Shown piece by piece: positions 38,377 through 47,934 of a stretch of 64,000 nt of DNA. The stretch covers positions 32,001 to 96,000 of the forward strand of contig JAYKHS010000011.1 of NCBI GenBank assembly GCA_035285865.1. Direction: 5' to 3'. The stretch comes from Candidatus Sericytochromatia bacterium. Its GTDB lineage: Bacteria > Cyanobacteriota > Sericytochromatia > S15B-MN24 > VGJW01. The notes beneath the pieces were generated by a model. That model did not search any database, was not told the DNA's origin, and was given only the letters and a program-made list of their open reading frames with translations. Numbering within the stretch: the stretch's first letter is position 1; every line of letters begins with the position of its first letter. Position numbers and translations under genes: made by a program.

Positions 38377-39504
38377 TCAGAGATTGCCGCGAGCTGCCTG
38401 ATCCCGCTCGATCGATTCGAACAGTGCCTTGAAATTTCCCTTGCCAAAGGAAGTGGATCCGCGGCGTTGGATGATTTCGAAGAACAGGGTCGGGCGGTCC
38501 TCGACAGGCTTCGTGAAGAGTTGCAGCATGTAGCCCTTGTCGTCGCGATCCACCAGGATGCCCAACGCCTTGAGCGCTTCGATGTCCTCTACGACCCCGG
38601 GCAGGCGATCGGCGATGGTGTCGTAGTAGCTGTCGGGCGTGTACTGGAAGGCCACGCCATTGGCGCGCAACGTCCTGACCGTGTGGACGATGTCATCCGT
38701 GGCCAACGCGATGTGCTGGACCCCCGGACCACCGTAGTAGTCCAGGTATTCCTGAATCTGGGAACGGCGCCGCCCTTCGGCAGGCTCGTTGATGGGCATC
38801 TTGATGCGTTCGTTGTGGTTGGCCACCACGACGGAACGCAAGGCCGAGAATTCGGTCGAGATATCCTTGTCGTCGAAATTGGCAAAGAAGCGGAAGCCGA
38901 AGACCCGCTCATAGTGCTGCTGCCACTCCACCATCCGACCATCCTCGACGTTGGTCACAACATGATCGACGTACTTCAGTCCGGCATCGGACAGGCCAAG
39001 CCCCTCGGCCGCCTGGAAACCGGGCAGGAAGGGCCCGGAGTAGGCAGAGCGCTCGACGAAGGTATGCAAGGTATCTCCCGCTGCTGCAATCGTCGCCACG
39101 ACGACCTCGCCGTTGCCGTCCGACAACACCTCAGGGTCGCGAACCGCGACGGCCCCCCTGCCGACGGCGGCAGCGAAGGATTGGCGAGCATCCGTCACCC
39201 AGAGCGCGACATCACGCACCCCATCGCCATGGAGCGCCTGATGCCGCACGACCGGATGATCGGGTGCAAGTCCGGTCGTCAGGACAAAGCGAATCTTGCC
39301 CTGCTGCAGGACATAGGAGGCCCGATCCCGCAAGCCGGTTTCCGGACCAGCATAAGCCACCAGCGAGAATCCGAAGGCTCGCTGATAGTAGTAGGCTGCC
39401 TGGCGGGCGTTGCCTACCCAGAACTCGATGTGGTCGGTACCGAGGATCTCGATGTCCGGCACGCGGTGGATGTCCACAGGCGCCACGTTTGCAGTCATGT
39501 CCAT
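38377..39504 (-). CDS. hppD: 4-hydroxyphenylpyruvate dioxygenase
   Basis: DHIEFWVGNA, DHVVTNV, PINEPA, GPGVQHIAL, FFEIIQR, FGKGNFKALFESIE. Confidence 0.96.
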   Translation of the reverse strand: MDMTANVAPVDIHRVPDIEILGTDHIEFWVGNARQAAYYYQRAFGFSLVAYAGPETGLRDRASYVLQQGKIRFVLTTGLAPDHPVVRHQALHGDGVRDVALWVTDARQSFAAAVGRGAVAVRDPEVLSDGNGEVVVATIAAAGDTLHTFVERSAYSGPFLPGFQAAEGLGLSDAGLKYVDHVVTNVEDGRMVEWQQHYERVFGFRFFANFDDKDISTEFSALRSVVVANHNERIKMPINEPAEGRRRSQIQEYLDYYGGPGVQHIALATDDIVHTVRTLRANGVAFQYTPDSYYDTIADRLPGVVEDIEALKALGILVDRDDKGYMLQLFTKPVEDRPTLFFEIIQRRGSTSFGKGNFKALFESIERDQAARGNL

Positions 39505-39594
39505 GGCCAGATCGTGGCATGCTCCGCAGGTCGAGGCAAGGCGAGAGCCAGCCCGAGCGGGTATGGATGCCAACATGTGGAGGTTTCTGGAAGC

Positions 39595-41472
39595 ATGACC
39601 CGACCCAAGCTTCGTCGCATCGCCGGCACCATGCTGGCAGTCAGTCTGATGGCCGCTGGCTGGGCCCGACCAGCCGATGCTTGCGGGGGATTCTTCTGTC
39701 GGACGCAACCGGTGGATCAGGCGGGCGAGAAGATTCTCTTCGTGACGGATGGAGAGCATGTGGATGCCACCATCCAGATCCAGTTCACGGGCCAGGCCAA
39801 GGACTTTTCATGGGTCGTGCCGCTGGCCCGCAGGCCACTGGCCTACGGCGTGAGTTCGGATGAGGTCTTCAGCCTGCTGGGGCGCAACACGATGCCGCGT
39901 TACCAACTTGATTGGCAGAAGCCTGAGGGCAACTGCCCCATCATGATGAATGACGCCGTGCGCGCCGAGGCGGGCGCCGTGCCCTTCGCGTCATCCCCCG
40001 GCGGCTCGGCCGTCACGGTCGTCGAAAAGGGCATCGTGGGGAACTACGACTTCACGCTGCTCGCCTCGAGCGACGCCGCCGAACTGGAGACGTGGCTCAA
40101 GGACAATGGCTACAACGTCCCGGCCGACTTTGACGAGAAAGCCCGGACCTACATCGATGGGAAGTTCGTGTTCCTTGCCCTCAAATTGCTCGAGGGCAAG
40201 ACCACCGGAGACCTGCAGCCCATCCGCCTGAAGCTCGACGAGCAGAACCCCTGCGTGCCGATTCGCCTGACGGCCATTGCCGCGCGCCCGGACATGCCGA
40301 TCATCCTGTATGCCTTCGGCTCTGGTCGGGCCATTCCACGAAACTATCGGCACGTCCGCCTGAACGAGAGCCTGCTGGATTGGGTCGGGGCCTCTCCCCA
40401 ATTCGGCGGATTCTTCCCCGGCGGTTCCCCGAGCCTGCCGACACCCAACTACAACGAGGTCGTCAACAAGTCCATGAACGAGTCCGGCGGCCGAGGCTTC
40501 GTCACCGAGCTCGCCACGGGAAGCGCTGACCTCGTGGGCATCCTTGCGAACAGAGCGACAGCCTATCGGCCCGCAGACATCGCGGCGGCCAAGACGGCTC
40601 GAGCAGCCATCGAGGCCGTGCAGGCCCAAGGCTACCCTGTCGGAATCGCGCTGCAGGCCATCGTCGACAGGCACCTGCCGCCCCAGGCTGCCAGCGAGGC
40701 CTGGACCCTGCTCAATGGCCGGTCGTTCATCGGACCGGTGCCGACTGAGCCGGACGGCCTCAATCCGGGGCTGGACGCCGCCACCCTCGATGTCGCTTCC
40801 TTCTCTGCGGACATCGACGCCATGTTCGCCAAGCCCATGCGGGAGGCTGCCGAGCTGGCCGGTCGAGCACCGTGGGTCACCCGGCTGTACACGACCATGT
40901 CTGCGGACGAGATGACCGAGGACCCGATCTTCGGTTTCAATCCCCGCCTGCCACAAGTCAGCAATGTCCACCAAGCAGAGGCCACCCCGATCTGCACGGA
41001 TGGTCTGTACACCGTTCGGATCAAGCTCGAGGACGGGACGGTCTTCACGGCCCGTCAGGGCAGCCTGCCGCCGATCGCGGAAATCCCGGCGGCAGCAGTC
41101 ATCGAGATGCTCGATGAGGATGCTGCGACCCCGACGCTGGTCTCCGACCGCGGGCCCGTCATCCGGGCAGCCTTGGCTGATTGGCAAGCTGGCAAGCCCA
41201 TCGGTACCACCGTGGCCGAGCCCATCACTTCGGCCACGATGCCGGCAGGTTCCGGTGCGGGAGGTTCGGCCCCGGCATCTGCAACATCCGGCGCTTCGTC
41301 GGACACGGCGAAGCCCGCTGTCGCAGCCGTACCGGGCTGCGCCTGCACCAACCCTGTCCGGACGGCGGTGGACACGACGCAAGCTGACCGGGAGGGTGCC
41401 TTCTGGGGCTTGTCCTTCGGAATCGTGGCCGCCGTGCGCCTTCGGCGTGCGCGCCGCCGGCGTCGGGACTGA
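39595..41472 (+). CDS. DUF2330-like exported protein with C-terminal GCxC-TM-polyArg anchor
   Basis: Signal peptide then ACGGFFC, VDQAGEKILF, FSWVVPL, WLKDNGY, FLALKL, PIRLTAIAA, TRLYTTMS; C-terminus PGCAC...GAFWGLSFGIVAAVRLRRARRRRRD. Confidence 0.75.
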   Translation: MTRPKLRRIAGTMLAVSLMAAGWARPADACGGFFCRTQPVDQAGEKILFVTDGEHVDATIQIQFTGQAKDFSWVVPLARRPLAYGVSSDEVFSLLGRNTMPRYQLDWQKPEGNCPIMMNDAVRAEAGAVPFASSPGGSAVTVVEKGIVGNYDFTLLASSDAAELETWLKDNGYNVPADFDEKARTYIDGKFVFLALKLLEGKTTGDLQPIRLKLDEQNPCVPIRLTAIAARPDMPIILYAFGSGRAIPRNYRHVRLNESLLDWVGASPQFGGFFPGGSPSLPTPNYNEVVNKSMNESGGRGFVTELATGSADLVGILANRATAYRPADIAAAKTARAAIEAVQAQGYPVGIALQAIVDRHLPPQAASEAWTLLNGRSFIGPVPTEPDGLNPGLDAATLDVASFSADIDAMFAKPMREAAELAGRAPWVTRLYTTMSADEMTEDPIFGFNPRLPQVSNVHQAEATPICTDGLYTVRIKLEDGTVFTARQGSLPPIAEIPAAAVIEMLDEDAATPTLVSDRGPVIRAALADWQAGKPIGTTVAEPITSATMPAGSGAGGSAPASATSGASSDTAKPAVAAVPGCACTNPVRTAVDTTQADREGAFWGLSFGIVAAVRLRRARRRRRD

Positions 41473-41478
41473 CGCCAG

Positions 41479-42360
41479 TCAGGCGTTTCCGGCCTCCGTC
41501 AGCGCTCCGCTGGCGGAGGCCATCCCGTTTCGGGCACCTGCCAGAACCCAACTCCGGATGCGCGCCGGCTCTGCATGCGGATGCAGCGTGCGCAACAAGG
41601 ACACGATTCCGGTCACGAACGGGGCGGCTGCGGACGTTCCGCCGAAGGGAGCCACCCGAGCATCCGTGGACAAGCTCACCACACCCTCGGCAGGAGCCAG
41701 CAGCAGGTGTCGAGGACTGCCCTGACTGACTGGGGCGACGCGCCCCCAGCGGTCCGCTGCACCGACGGTAATGAGTCCGGCAAAAGCCGGATCGTGCGCC
41801 CAGGCACCGGGCCAGACGGTCGCCCCGCGGGAGGGTCCGGCTGCACAGACGACCGGCACGCCAGCGGCCAGCGCTTCCCGGACCGCACGGCCCAGGTCGG
41901 CAACACTCGCCGCAGTGAGAAACTCCTCGCCCGCGACCACGCCAACCGAGAGATTGATGACCGAGGCACCCTCCCGCAACGCCGCCCGGATTCCCGCAGC
42001 GATGTGTTCGGCACGGACATGCCCCGTACCGTGGTGATTGACCTTGATGGCCAACAACGAGACCAGAGGAGCGACTCCGGCCGTTTCCGGCGAGCGCCAT
42101 CCCCGACTGGCGATCAGGCCGGCGACGGCAGTCCCGTGGCCGAGGTCATCCAGATGACGACCGCCGGCTGCCACCACGTCGCAACCGCCGACGACCTTGC
42201 CCCTGAGATCGGGATGAGCATCGTCTATGCCGGTGTCCACCACCGCCACCCGAACCCACGGTGCCCCACGAGAGAGGGTCCACGCCTTGCGTACCTCCAG
42301 CCATCGATGGGGCCACGGCGTCCTGCCCGGCAGCCAGGCCAGCAAGGACGCCCCGTTCAT
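41479..42360 (-). CDS. S8 (subtilisin-like) serine peptidase, catalytic domain only
   Basis: VAVVDTGID, HGTAVAG, GTSAAAPFVTG triad; ATGA overlap with the permease stop. Confidence 0.9.
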   Translation of the reverse strand: MNGASLLAWLPGRTPWPHRWLEVRKAWTLSRGAPWVRVAVVDTGIDDAHPDLRGKVVGGCDVVAAGGRHLDDLGHGTAVAGLIASRGWRSPETAGVAPLVSLLAIKVNHHGTGHVRAEHIAAGIRAALREGASVINLSVGVVAGEEFLTAASVADLGRAVREALAAGVPVVCAAGPSRGATVWPGAWAHDPAFAGLITVGAADRWGRVAPVSQGSPRHLLLAPAEGVVSLSTDARVAPFGGTSAAAPFVTGIVSLLRTLHPHAEPARIRSWVLAGARNGMASASGALTEAGNA

Positions 42361-43172
42361 CCCTTGACTGCCCCGTCCATCAGACCCTTCATGAACTGCT
42401 TCTGCAGGAACAGGAACACAACGATGGCTGGCACGATGGCAACAGTCGTGGCTGCCATCAGCAACGGCCAGTCCGTGGTTTCGCGCATGCTGGCCCTGAA
42501 GGCCGCGAGGCCGACAGGCAGAGTCCGCAGGTGATCGGCATGGGTCGCCACCAACGGCCACATGAACGTGTTCCAGGAGGCGAGGAACTGGAAGATCGCA
42601 AGGGTCGCCACGGCTGGCCTCGCCGTAGGCAGGGCGACGGTCCAGAAGAATCGCCACGGCGAACAGCCGTCGAGGCGCGCGGCATCCTCGAGCTCCTTGG
42701 GCAAGCCGAGAAACCACTGACGGAACAGGAAGATGCCGAAAGCACCTGCAAGATCGGGCACGATGAGGGCCTGGTACGTGTCGACCCAGCCGAGGCGGGC
42801 CACCAAGGCGAAGAGCGGCACCAGATTCACCTGCACCGGCACCATCATCGTCATGAGCACGATGAAGAACAGCAAGTCGCGTCCTCGGAAGGACATGCGG
42901 GCAAAGGCATAGCCTGCCATGGCTCCGGTCAGGATCTGCCCGACGACGGTGACGACGGCAACCATCACACTGTTGGCGAACCATCGCCACAGCGCACCCT
43001 CACCCAGAGCCTTGCTAAAGTTGTCCAGCGTGGCCGGACTGGGCCAGAATGCCGGGGGGTAGGTCATCGCCTGCTCGTAGCTCATCAGCGACGTGGCGAT
43101 GAGCAGCAGGAAAGGTGCGGCGCAGAGAAACGCCCCTACCCACAGGACGACGAGACCGACGATCCTGTTCAC
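42357..43172 (-). CDS. Carbohydrate ABC transporter permease (MalG-type)
   Basis: AGYAFARMSFRGR, PKELEDAARLDG (EAA motif), WNTFMWPL; GTGA overlap. Confidence 0.93.
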   Translation of the reverse strand: MNRIVGLVVLWVGAFLCAAPFLLLIATSLMSYEQAMTYPPAFWPSPATLDNFSKALGEGALWRWFANSVMVAVVTVVGQILTGAMAGYAFARMSFRGRDLLFFIVLMTMMVPVQVNLVPLFALVARLGWVDTYQALIVPDLAGAFGIFLFRQWFLGLPKELEDAARLDGCSPWRFFWTVALPTARPAVATLAIFQFLASWNTFMWPLVATHADHLRTLPVGLAAFRASMRETTDWPLLMAATTVAIVPAIVVFLFLQKQFMKGLMDGAVKG

Positions 43173-44074
43173 GCGTCCTGCTCCTGATGGACCCAGCGCT
43201 TCCGCAACGTCCACTGCACCCATGTCAGGCCGGCCAGGACACCGAACAGCATGTACGCCAGTGCCGAGGCCTTGCCCAGCTTGAAGTAGGTAAAGGCGTT
43301 CTGGAAGAGCCAGTAGACGATGACTGTGGTCGACCGCCGCGGCCCACCATGGGTCATGATGTAGACGGAGTCGAACGTCTGGAAGGCCCGGATGCAAGCG
43401 AGGATGCCCACGAGCAGAACGGTCGGACCGAGCAGAGGCAGGGTGATATGCCAGAAACGTTTCCAACCCGTTGCCCCGTCGACCTCGGCCGATTCGAGCA
43501 CTTCGCCCGGCAGCGCCTGAAGTCCGGCCAGAAACAGTACCACATTGGTACCGAGGCTTTTCCAGACGCTCATCACCACCAGCGCAGGCAGGGCCGTCCC
43601 GGGGTCCGACAGCCAATGGATCGGCTCGGCCCCGAACCAGCGCAGGACCTCATTCAGGGCTCCGCCCCGGGGATCGAAAATCCACTCCCAGACGATGCTG
43701 ACAGCCACCATCGACGTGACGACCGGCAGGAAGTAGGCCGTGCGGAAGAAGCCAAGCCCTCGCAACTTCTGGTTCAGAGCCAAGGCAAGCGCAAGCGCCA
43801 CGACAAGATCCAGTACGAGGTAGAGCACCACGAAGAGCAGTGTGTTCGCCACGACTTTGGGGAACACCGGATCAGCCAGCAAGGACGAATAATTGTCGAG
43901 GCCCACCCAGCGTGGCGCTCCGAGAAGGTCCCAGTCCGTGAACCCGATCAGGAAGGATGCCAAGGTCGGCAGCATACTGAAGATGCCGATGATGAGCAGG
44001 GCCGGCGAGGCCAGCAGCAAGCCCCAGATACGTTCGGACCGCAAGGGATGGCGGAGGGCAGGCACGGGGCTCAT
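43169..44074 (-). CDS. Carbohydrate ABC transporter permease (MalF-type)
   Basis: WVGLDNY, FRTAYFLP, EVLESAEVDGA, FWHITLPLL. Confidence 0.93.
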   Translation of the reverse strand: MSPVPALRHPLRSERIWGLLLASPALLIIGIFSMLPTLASFLIGFTDWDLLGAPRWVGLDNYSSLLADPVFPKVVANTLLFVVLYLVLDLVVALALALALNQKLRGLGFFRTAYFLPVVTSMVAVSIVWEWIFDPRGGALNEVLRWFGAEPIHWLSDPGTALPALVVMSVWKSLGTNVVLFLAGLQALPGEVLESAEVDGATGWKRFWHITLPLLGPTVLLVGILACIRAFQTFDSVYIMTHGGPRRSTTVIVYWLFQNAFTYFKLGKASALAYMLFGVLAGLTWVQWTLRKRWVHQEQDA

Positions 44075-45318
44075 CGAACCTCCGCCAACAGGGCATCGAT
44101 ACGGCGGATGACGGGCGGCAAAGCCTGATCGAGGGACTCTTCCCCGGTCCACATGGGGCCCAGGCCATCGATGAGCTCCCACGTGATCTCGTCGTAGGCA
44201 GGGGGGACTCGCGTGGGGCGACCACTGGCAATGACGTCGAGAAAGACCCTGTTGCCCTCGGGTGTTCCCTGTAGGAACGCGGGGGATTGGGCCACATCTG
44301 GCCGAGACGGGACAATCAGACCGGAGCGGGTAAAGGTCTCGATGCTCTCGCGGCTGGCAAGATGCCGAATCAGCTTCCAAGCGGCATCCGGTTGGCTCGT
44401 CCGCGCCGACATCACCCAGCCGGAGGCATCGGTATCCACCACACTGCCCGCAGGACCGGCAGGGAAGGTCGTCACGTCCCAATGAAACTTGATCTTCCGC
44501 CGGTAGCCGGGCACAGCCCAGCGCCCGTAGACGAACATCGCGAGTTTGCCCGTCGCGAACAACTGGGTCATGCGCGCATTCCCGGTGTCCTTGTCGGAGG
44601 GCGCCACATGGTGACGGTGCCGCAGATCGAGATAGAACTGCAGCCCCTTCCTCGCCTCGGGCTCACCCAATGTGCAGCGGCTCATGTCCGCACTGATGAC
44701 ATCTCCGCCGAAGGACCAGACCCAAGGCGTCCAGATGAGCGGATTGGGCTGGAAGCCAATGGCCCACTGCTTGCCCGGAATGGTGAGCCGGGGTGCGATG
44801 CGCGCCAGATCTTCCACGGTCCAGCCAGGCCGAGGATATGGGACACCTGCGGCGTCGAAGAGGTCCTTGTTGTAGAAGACGACGAGATTCGACAAATCGC
44901 GCGGGAGCCCGAGGAGCTTGCCTTTCCAGCGCATGGCATCCAGTACCTGGGGGAAAAAGTCGCGTTGATGGAGGCGACCATCGGCGGCAAGCCTTGGTGC
45001 GAGATCGGCAAGAACACCCTTTCTTGCAAAGCCCGGCAAGGCCTCGTTCGACATGAACATCACGTCCGGGACCGTGCCACCGACCACCATCAGCCGCAAC
45101 TTGTGGGCATACTCATCGGGGATGTGGATGAGTTCGACCGGGATGCCTTCCTTGCGGGTGAAGTCTTCGAGGATGGGCTTGAGCGTGGCGATCTCGTCCA
45201 TGGACCCCCAGGTGCTGAACCGGAGGCCGCTCCTGCCGGAGGGTGCACAAGCCGCAAGTTGTGTCAGCAGGCTGCCCATGAGGACGGCCAGGACGAACAG
45301 GCGGACGGGACGGGGCAT
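44071..45318 (-). CDS. Sugar ABC transporter substrate-binding lipoprotein
   Basis: LAAC lipobox; PDV, FYNKDLFDAAGVPYP, FATGKLAM, AAWKLIRHL. Confidence 0.92.
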   Translation of the reverse strand: MPRPVRLFVLAVLMGSLLTQLAACAPSGRSGLRFSTWGSMDEIATLKPILEDFTRKEGIPVELIHIPDEYAHKLRLMVVGGTVPDVMFMSNEALPGFARKGVLADLAPRLAADGRLHQRDFFPQVLDAMRWKGKLLGLPRDLSNLVVFYNKDLFDAAGVPYPRPGWTVEDLARIAPRLTIPGKQWAIGFQPNPLIWTPWVWSFGGDVISADMSRCTLGEPEARKGLQFYLDLRHRHHVAPSDKDTGNARMTQLFATGKLAMFVYGRWAVPGYRRKIKFHWDVTTFPAGPAGSVVDTDASGWVMSARTSQPDAAWKLIRHLASRESIETFTRSGLIVPSRPDVAQSPAFLQGTPEGNRVFLDVIASGRPTRVPPAYDEITWELIDGLGPMWTGEESLDQALPPVIRRIDALLAEVR

Positions 45319-45372
45319 CGCGCGACCATGGTAGCACCCGGCCCGGTGGACTGGTCCGAGGGGCCGCCGACC

Positions 45373-46281
45373 ATGGAACACTGGCAGATGGCCATCCGGA
45401 CGTGGGCCGATGCGTGGGCGCTGCCCGGACTGCCGATGCCCGAGGCCTACCGCCGTGCACCCTCTCCGGCTCATGGGCGCCATCTTGTGACAAGCCGGTC
45501 CAGCAAGGGGACTCTGCTGGCGTGGCTGGAAATCGAGACCTTGCCGGGACAGTCTGCTGCCCTTCGGGGAGTGGCGAAAGCATCGGCAGAGGCGATGGCC
45601 GATGCAGCACTCGATCGCGCTTGGGCGGAGGTTCTTGGCTGGCTCAGGAACCGTGACGTCCGGCGCGTCTGGTCGGGCGGGGGCATGGCCCATCTGTGGC
45701 CAGGCTTTCCAGCAAGGTCTCGAGGCGAGGATGCCTGGCTGCAGGAGAGGGGCTTCACCGAGGCAGGCCGAACGTGGGACATGGTCGCACGGGACCTGCA
45801 GGCAACTGCGTGGCAGATTCCCGCGAGCCGTGATGGAGTGACCTTCAGCCTTGCGGAAGCGCACGACGCAAGTGCAGCCCTGGATTGGCTGACGCATGCC
45901 TTCCCGGGCCGCTGGGCCGTCGAGGCGCGGGATGTCCTGCAAGGGCAGTGGCCGGGCAGCCATCTGCTGCTGGGGCGGGACGGCGAGGAGGTCGTGGCCT
46001 TCGCACTGCTGCATCAACCAGGCTCGGCGTGGACCTGGCGCTGGCAGGGTGAATGCGCGCGTCCTGCGGCCATGGGACCGCTCGGCGTGGCGCAGTACCG
46101 GCGTGGGCAGGGTCTGGGCCTCCGCCTGATGGACGCCGGTCTCTCCCGGCTGCGGGAGTGGGGGGCCGAGACAACCGTCATTGACTGGACGACGCTGGAC
46201 GCTTTCTACGGACACTTCGGGTTCGAGGCGACCTGGCCTTGGACGCGACGGGTGCTCGACATGAAAGGCGCATTTTCTTGA
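45373..46281 (+). CDS. GNAT family N-acetyltransferase (tandem-domain type)
   Basis: GPLGVAQYRRGQGLGLRLM acetyl-CoA motif, IDWTTLDAFYGHFGF; degenerate N-terminal repeat HLWPG...RGF. Confidence 0.8.
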   Translation: MEHWQMAIRTWADAWALPGLPMPEAYRRAPSPAHGRHLVTSRSSKGTLLAWLEIETLPGQSAALRGVAKASAEAMADAALDRAWAEVLGWLRNRDVRRVWSGGGMAHLWPGFPARSRGEDAWLQERGFTEAGRTWDMVARDLQATAWQIPASRDGVTFSLAEAHDASAALDWLTHAFPGRWAVEARDVLQGQWPGSHLLLGRDGEEVVAFALLHQPGSAWTWRWQGECARPAAMGPLGVAQYRRGQGLGLRLMDAGLSRLREWGAETTVIDWTTLDAFYGHFGFEATWPWTRRVLDMKGAFS

Positions 46282-47303
46282 TGCGTGGGCTGATGGCGCG
46301 GGATCCCGCCGGCTTTGTCCGGTCGTGTTTCCCGGACCTCGAGGGCGCGGAACCCGCAGGCTGGCCACGACGGCTGACGAACAGCCACATCTGGTGGTGG
46401 CACGCGAAAGGTGGGCAAAGATTCCTCGTGAAATGGCGCCCCGGAGGCGTGGTTGGCCCTGTGGGGCTGAAGACGAGCCACCAGGCTGCCGACCACCTGC
46501 GCCGTACCGGATTGCCCGTGCCCCTGGCTCTTGCAGGTCGTGACGGGAAACCGTGGGTTTTGCAGCAGCAACTGCTCGTCGAGGCTTGGCTGGCCGGAGA
46601 GGGCACGGATACCTACGCCGACCGAGACCCCTTCGACCCGCTCGTGCATCCTCACCACGCACACGCCATCGGGGCCTTCCTCGGCCGGGCAAGGCATCAC
46701 GCTCCCGCATGCACCGGCCATCGCCCGACTGCCGAGCCCGGAGTCTGGGCGGACACAGCCTGGCTCGATGGCGCGGCACCGGAGGCAGGTCCGCTCGTTG
46801 CCCCACGCCCCTTCCAGCGCGCGGCGTGGACGGCATCCCTGCCGATCCTGCAACGTCTCCTCAACGAACATCCGTGGCCGAAAGGCCCTCCCGAATGGCA
46901 TCACGGCGACCCGCTGCCCCGAAACATGCTCTTCCGGAACCTGAAGGTCAGCGGCCTGTTCGACTTCGAAGGATGGACCACGGCTCCTCGCGCCTTCGAC
47001 CTCGCCCTCGCGACAGCCGCCCTGGCCTTTCCGTGGCCGCGGTTGGCAGCGGGTGCTCCTGCCCGACCCGAGGTGGCTCGCCTCCTTCGGGGGGGATGGG
47101 CATCGTCCGTTGATCTGCCGGAGTGGTCGGAACAACTGCCCTTGATCATCTTCGGGAGGGTGGGCAGCGCCTTCCGCAGGGCCGGGGCGCTCGCGGACGT
47201 GGGCTTGATGGCAGAAGCGCACCGATTCCTCGAGGGCATGCTGACCGTGCTCCGTTGGTGGGAAGGCCCCGAAGGCCGAAGCTGGCGAGGTCGCGAGCCG
47301 TGA
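46278..47303 (+). CDS. APH / type II homoserine kinase-like phosphotransferase
   Basis: LTNS, FLVK, HHGDPLPRNMLF, LFDFE, FDLA. Confidence 0.8.
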   Translation: MMRGLMARDPAGFVRSCFPDLEGAEPAGWPRRLTNSHIWWWHAKGGQRFLVKWRPGGVVGPVGLKTSHQAADHLRRTGLPVPLALAGRDGKPWVLQQQLLVEAWLAGEGTDTYADRDPFDPLVHPHHAHAIGAFLGRARHHAPACTGHRPTAEPGVWADTAWLDGAAPEAGPLVAPRPFQRAAWTASLPILQRLLNEHPWPKGPPEWHHGDPLPRNMLFRNLKVSGLFDFEGWTTAPRAFDLALATAALAFPWPRLAAGAPARPEVARLLRGGWASSVDLPEWSEQLPLIIFGRVGSAFRRAGALADVGLMAEAHRFLEGMLTVLRWWEGPEGRSWRGREP

Positions 47304-47875
47304 TCGTCCTGCTCCACAAGCCCTACGGTACCTTGTGTCAGTTCTCCGGCGGGGAGGGGCGTCCCACGCTTGCGGACCATGTGCCCGTGCCGGGCATCTA
47401 TCCTGCCGGCCGCCTCGACCACGACTCCGAAGGCCTACTGGTGCTCACGGACGAAGCGTGGTTCGCCCATCGCCTCACCCATCCGATGCATGGTCACCTC
47501 AAGCGCTACCACGCCCAGGTCGAGGGATTCGCCCATGCCGAGGCTACCAGAACCTTCGAGACCGGTATCCTGCTGGATGGCAGGCTCACACGACCTGCGG
47601 AACTCAGGACACCGACCCCACAGCCGGTCTGGCACCAGCGTGCCAAGCCCGTTCGATTCCGCCTGAGCGTTCCCACATCCTGGGTCGAGGTAGGCCTTCG
47701 GGAGGGGCGAAATCGTCAGGTCCGCCGCATGCTCGCAGCCGTCGGGCTGCCCTGCCTTCGCCTGATCCGGGTGGAGGTTGCCGGCCTGGGCCTTGAAGGC
47801 CTGGAACCGGGCGAGTATCGGCGCCTTTCAGGAGTCGAAGTGCGCAGCCTGCGCAAGCGCCTGCAGGCTGATTGA
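47300..47875 (+). CDS. rRNA pseudouridine synthase (RsuA/RluE family, no S4 domain)
   Basis: HKPYG, AGRLDHDSEGLLVLT, EGRNRQVRRM, LRLIRV; GTGA overlap. Confidence 0.92.
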   Translation: MIVLLHKPYGTLCQFSGGEGRPTLADHVPVPGIYPAGRLDHDSEGLLVLTDEAWFAHRLTHPMHGHLKRYHAQVEGFAHAEATRTFETGILLDGRLTRPAELRTPTPQPVWHQRAKPVRFRLSVPTSWVEVGLREGRNRQVRRMLAAVGLPCLRLIRVEVAGLGLEGLEPGEYRRLSGVEVRSLRKRLQAD

Positions 47876-47934
47876 CCCTTGTCGGAACGCGTGCTAGCGT
47901 TCGCTTTGGTACCACGAGGACGTGGAGGGGACCC

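Noticed and set aside
38467..39594. Apparent 1001-aa protein (N-terminal extension of the DUF2330-like gene)
   Set aside because: Extension is the antisense of hppD; the real start with SD and signal peptide is ATG 39595
42361..42990. N-terminal extension of the S8 protease, or a frameshift fusion with the permease
   Set aside because: Alternative frame of the permease gene; the ATGA overlap at 42357-42360 explains the junction
45319..46836. Apparent 921-aa substrate-binding fusion
   Set aside because: Extension is antisense to the GNAT and kinase genes; the lipoprotein signal starts at 45318
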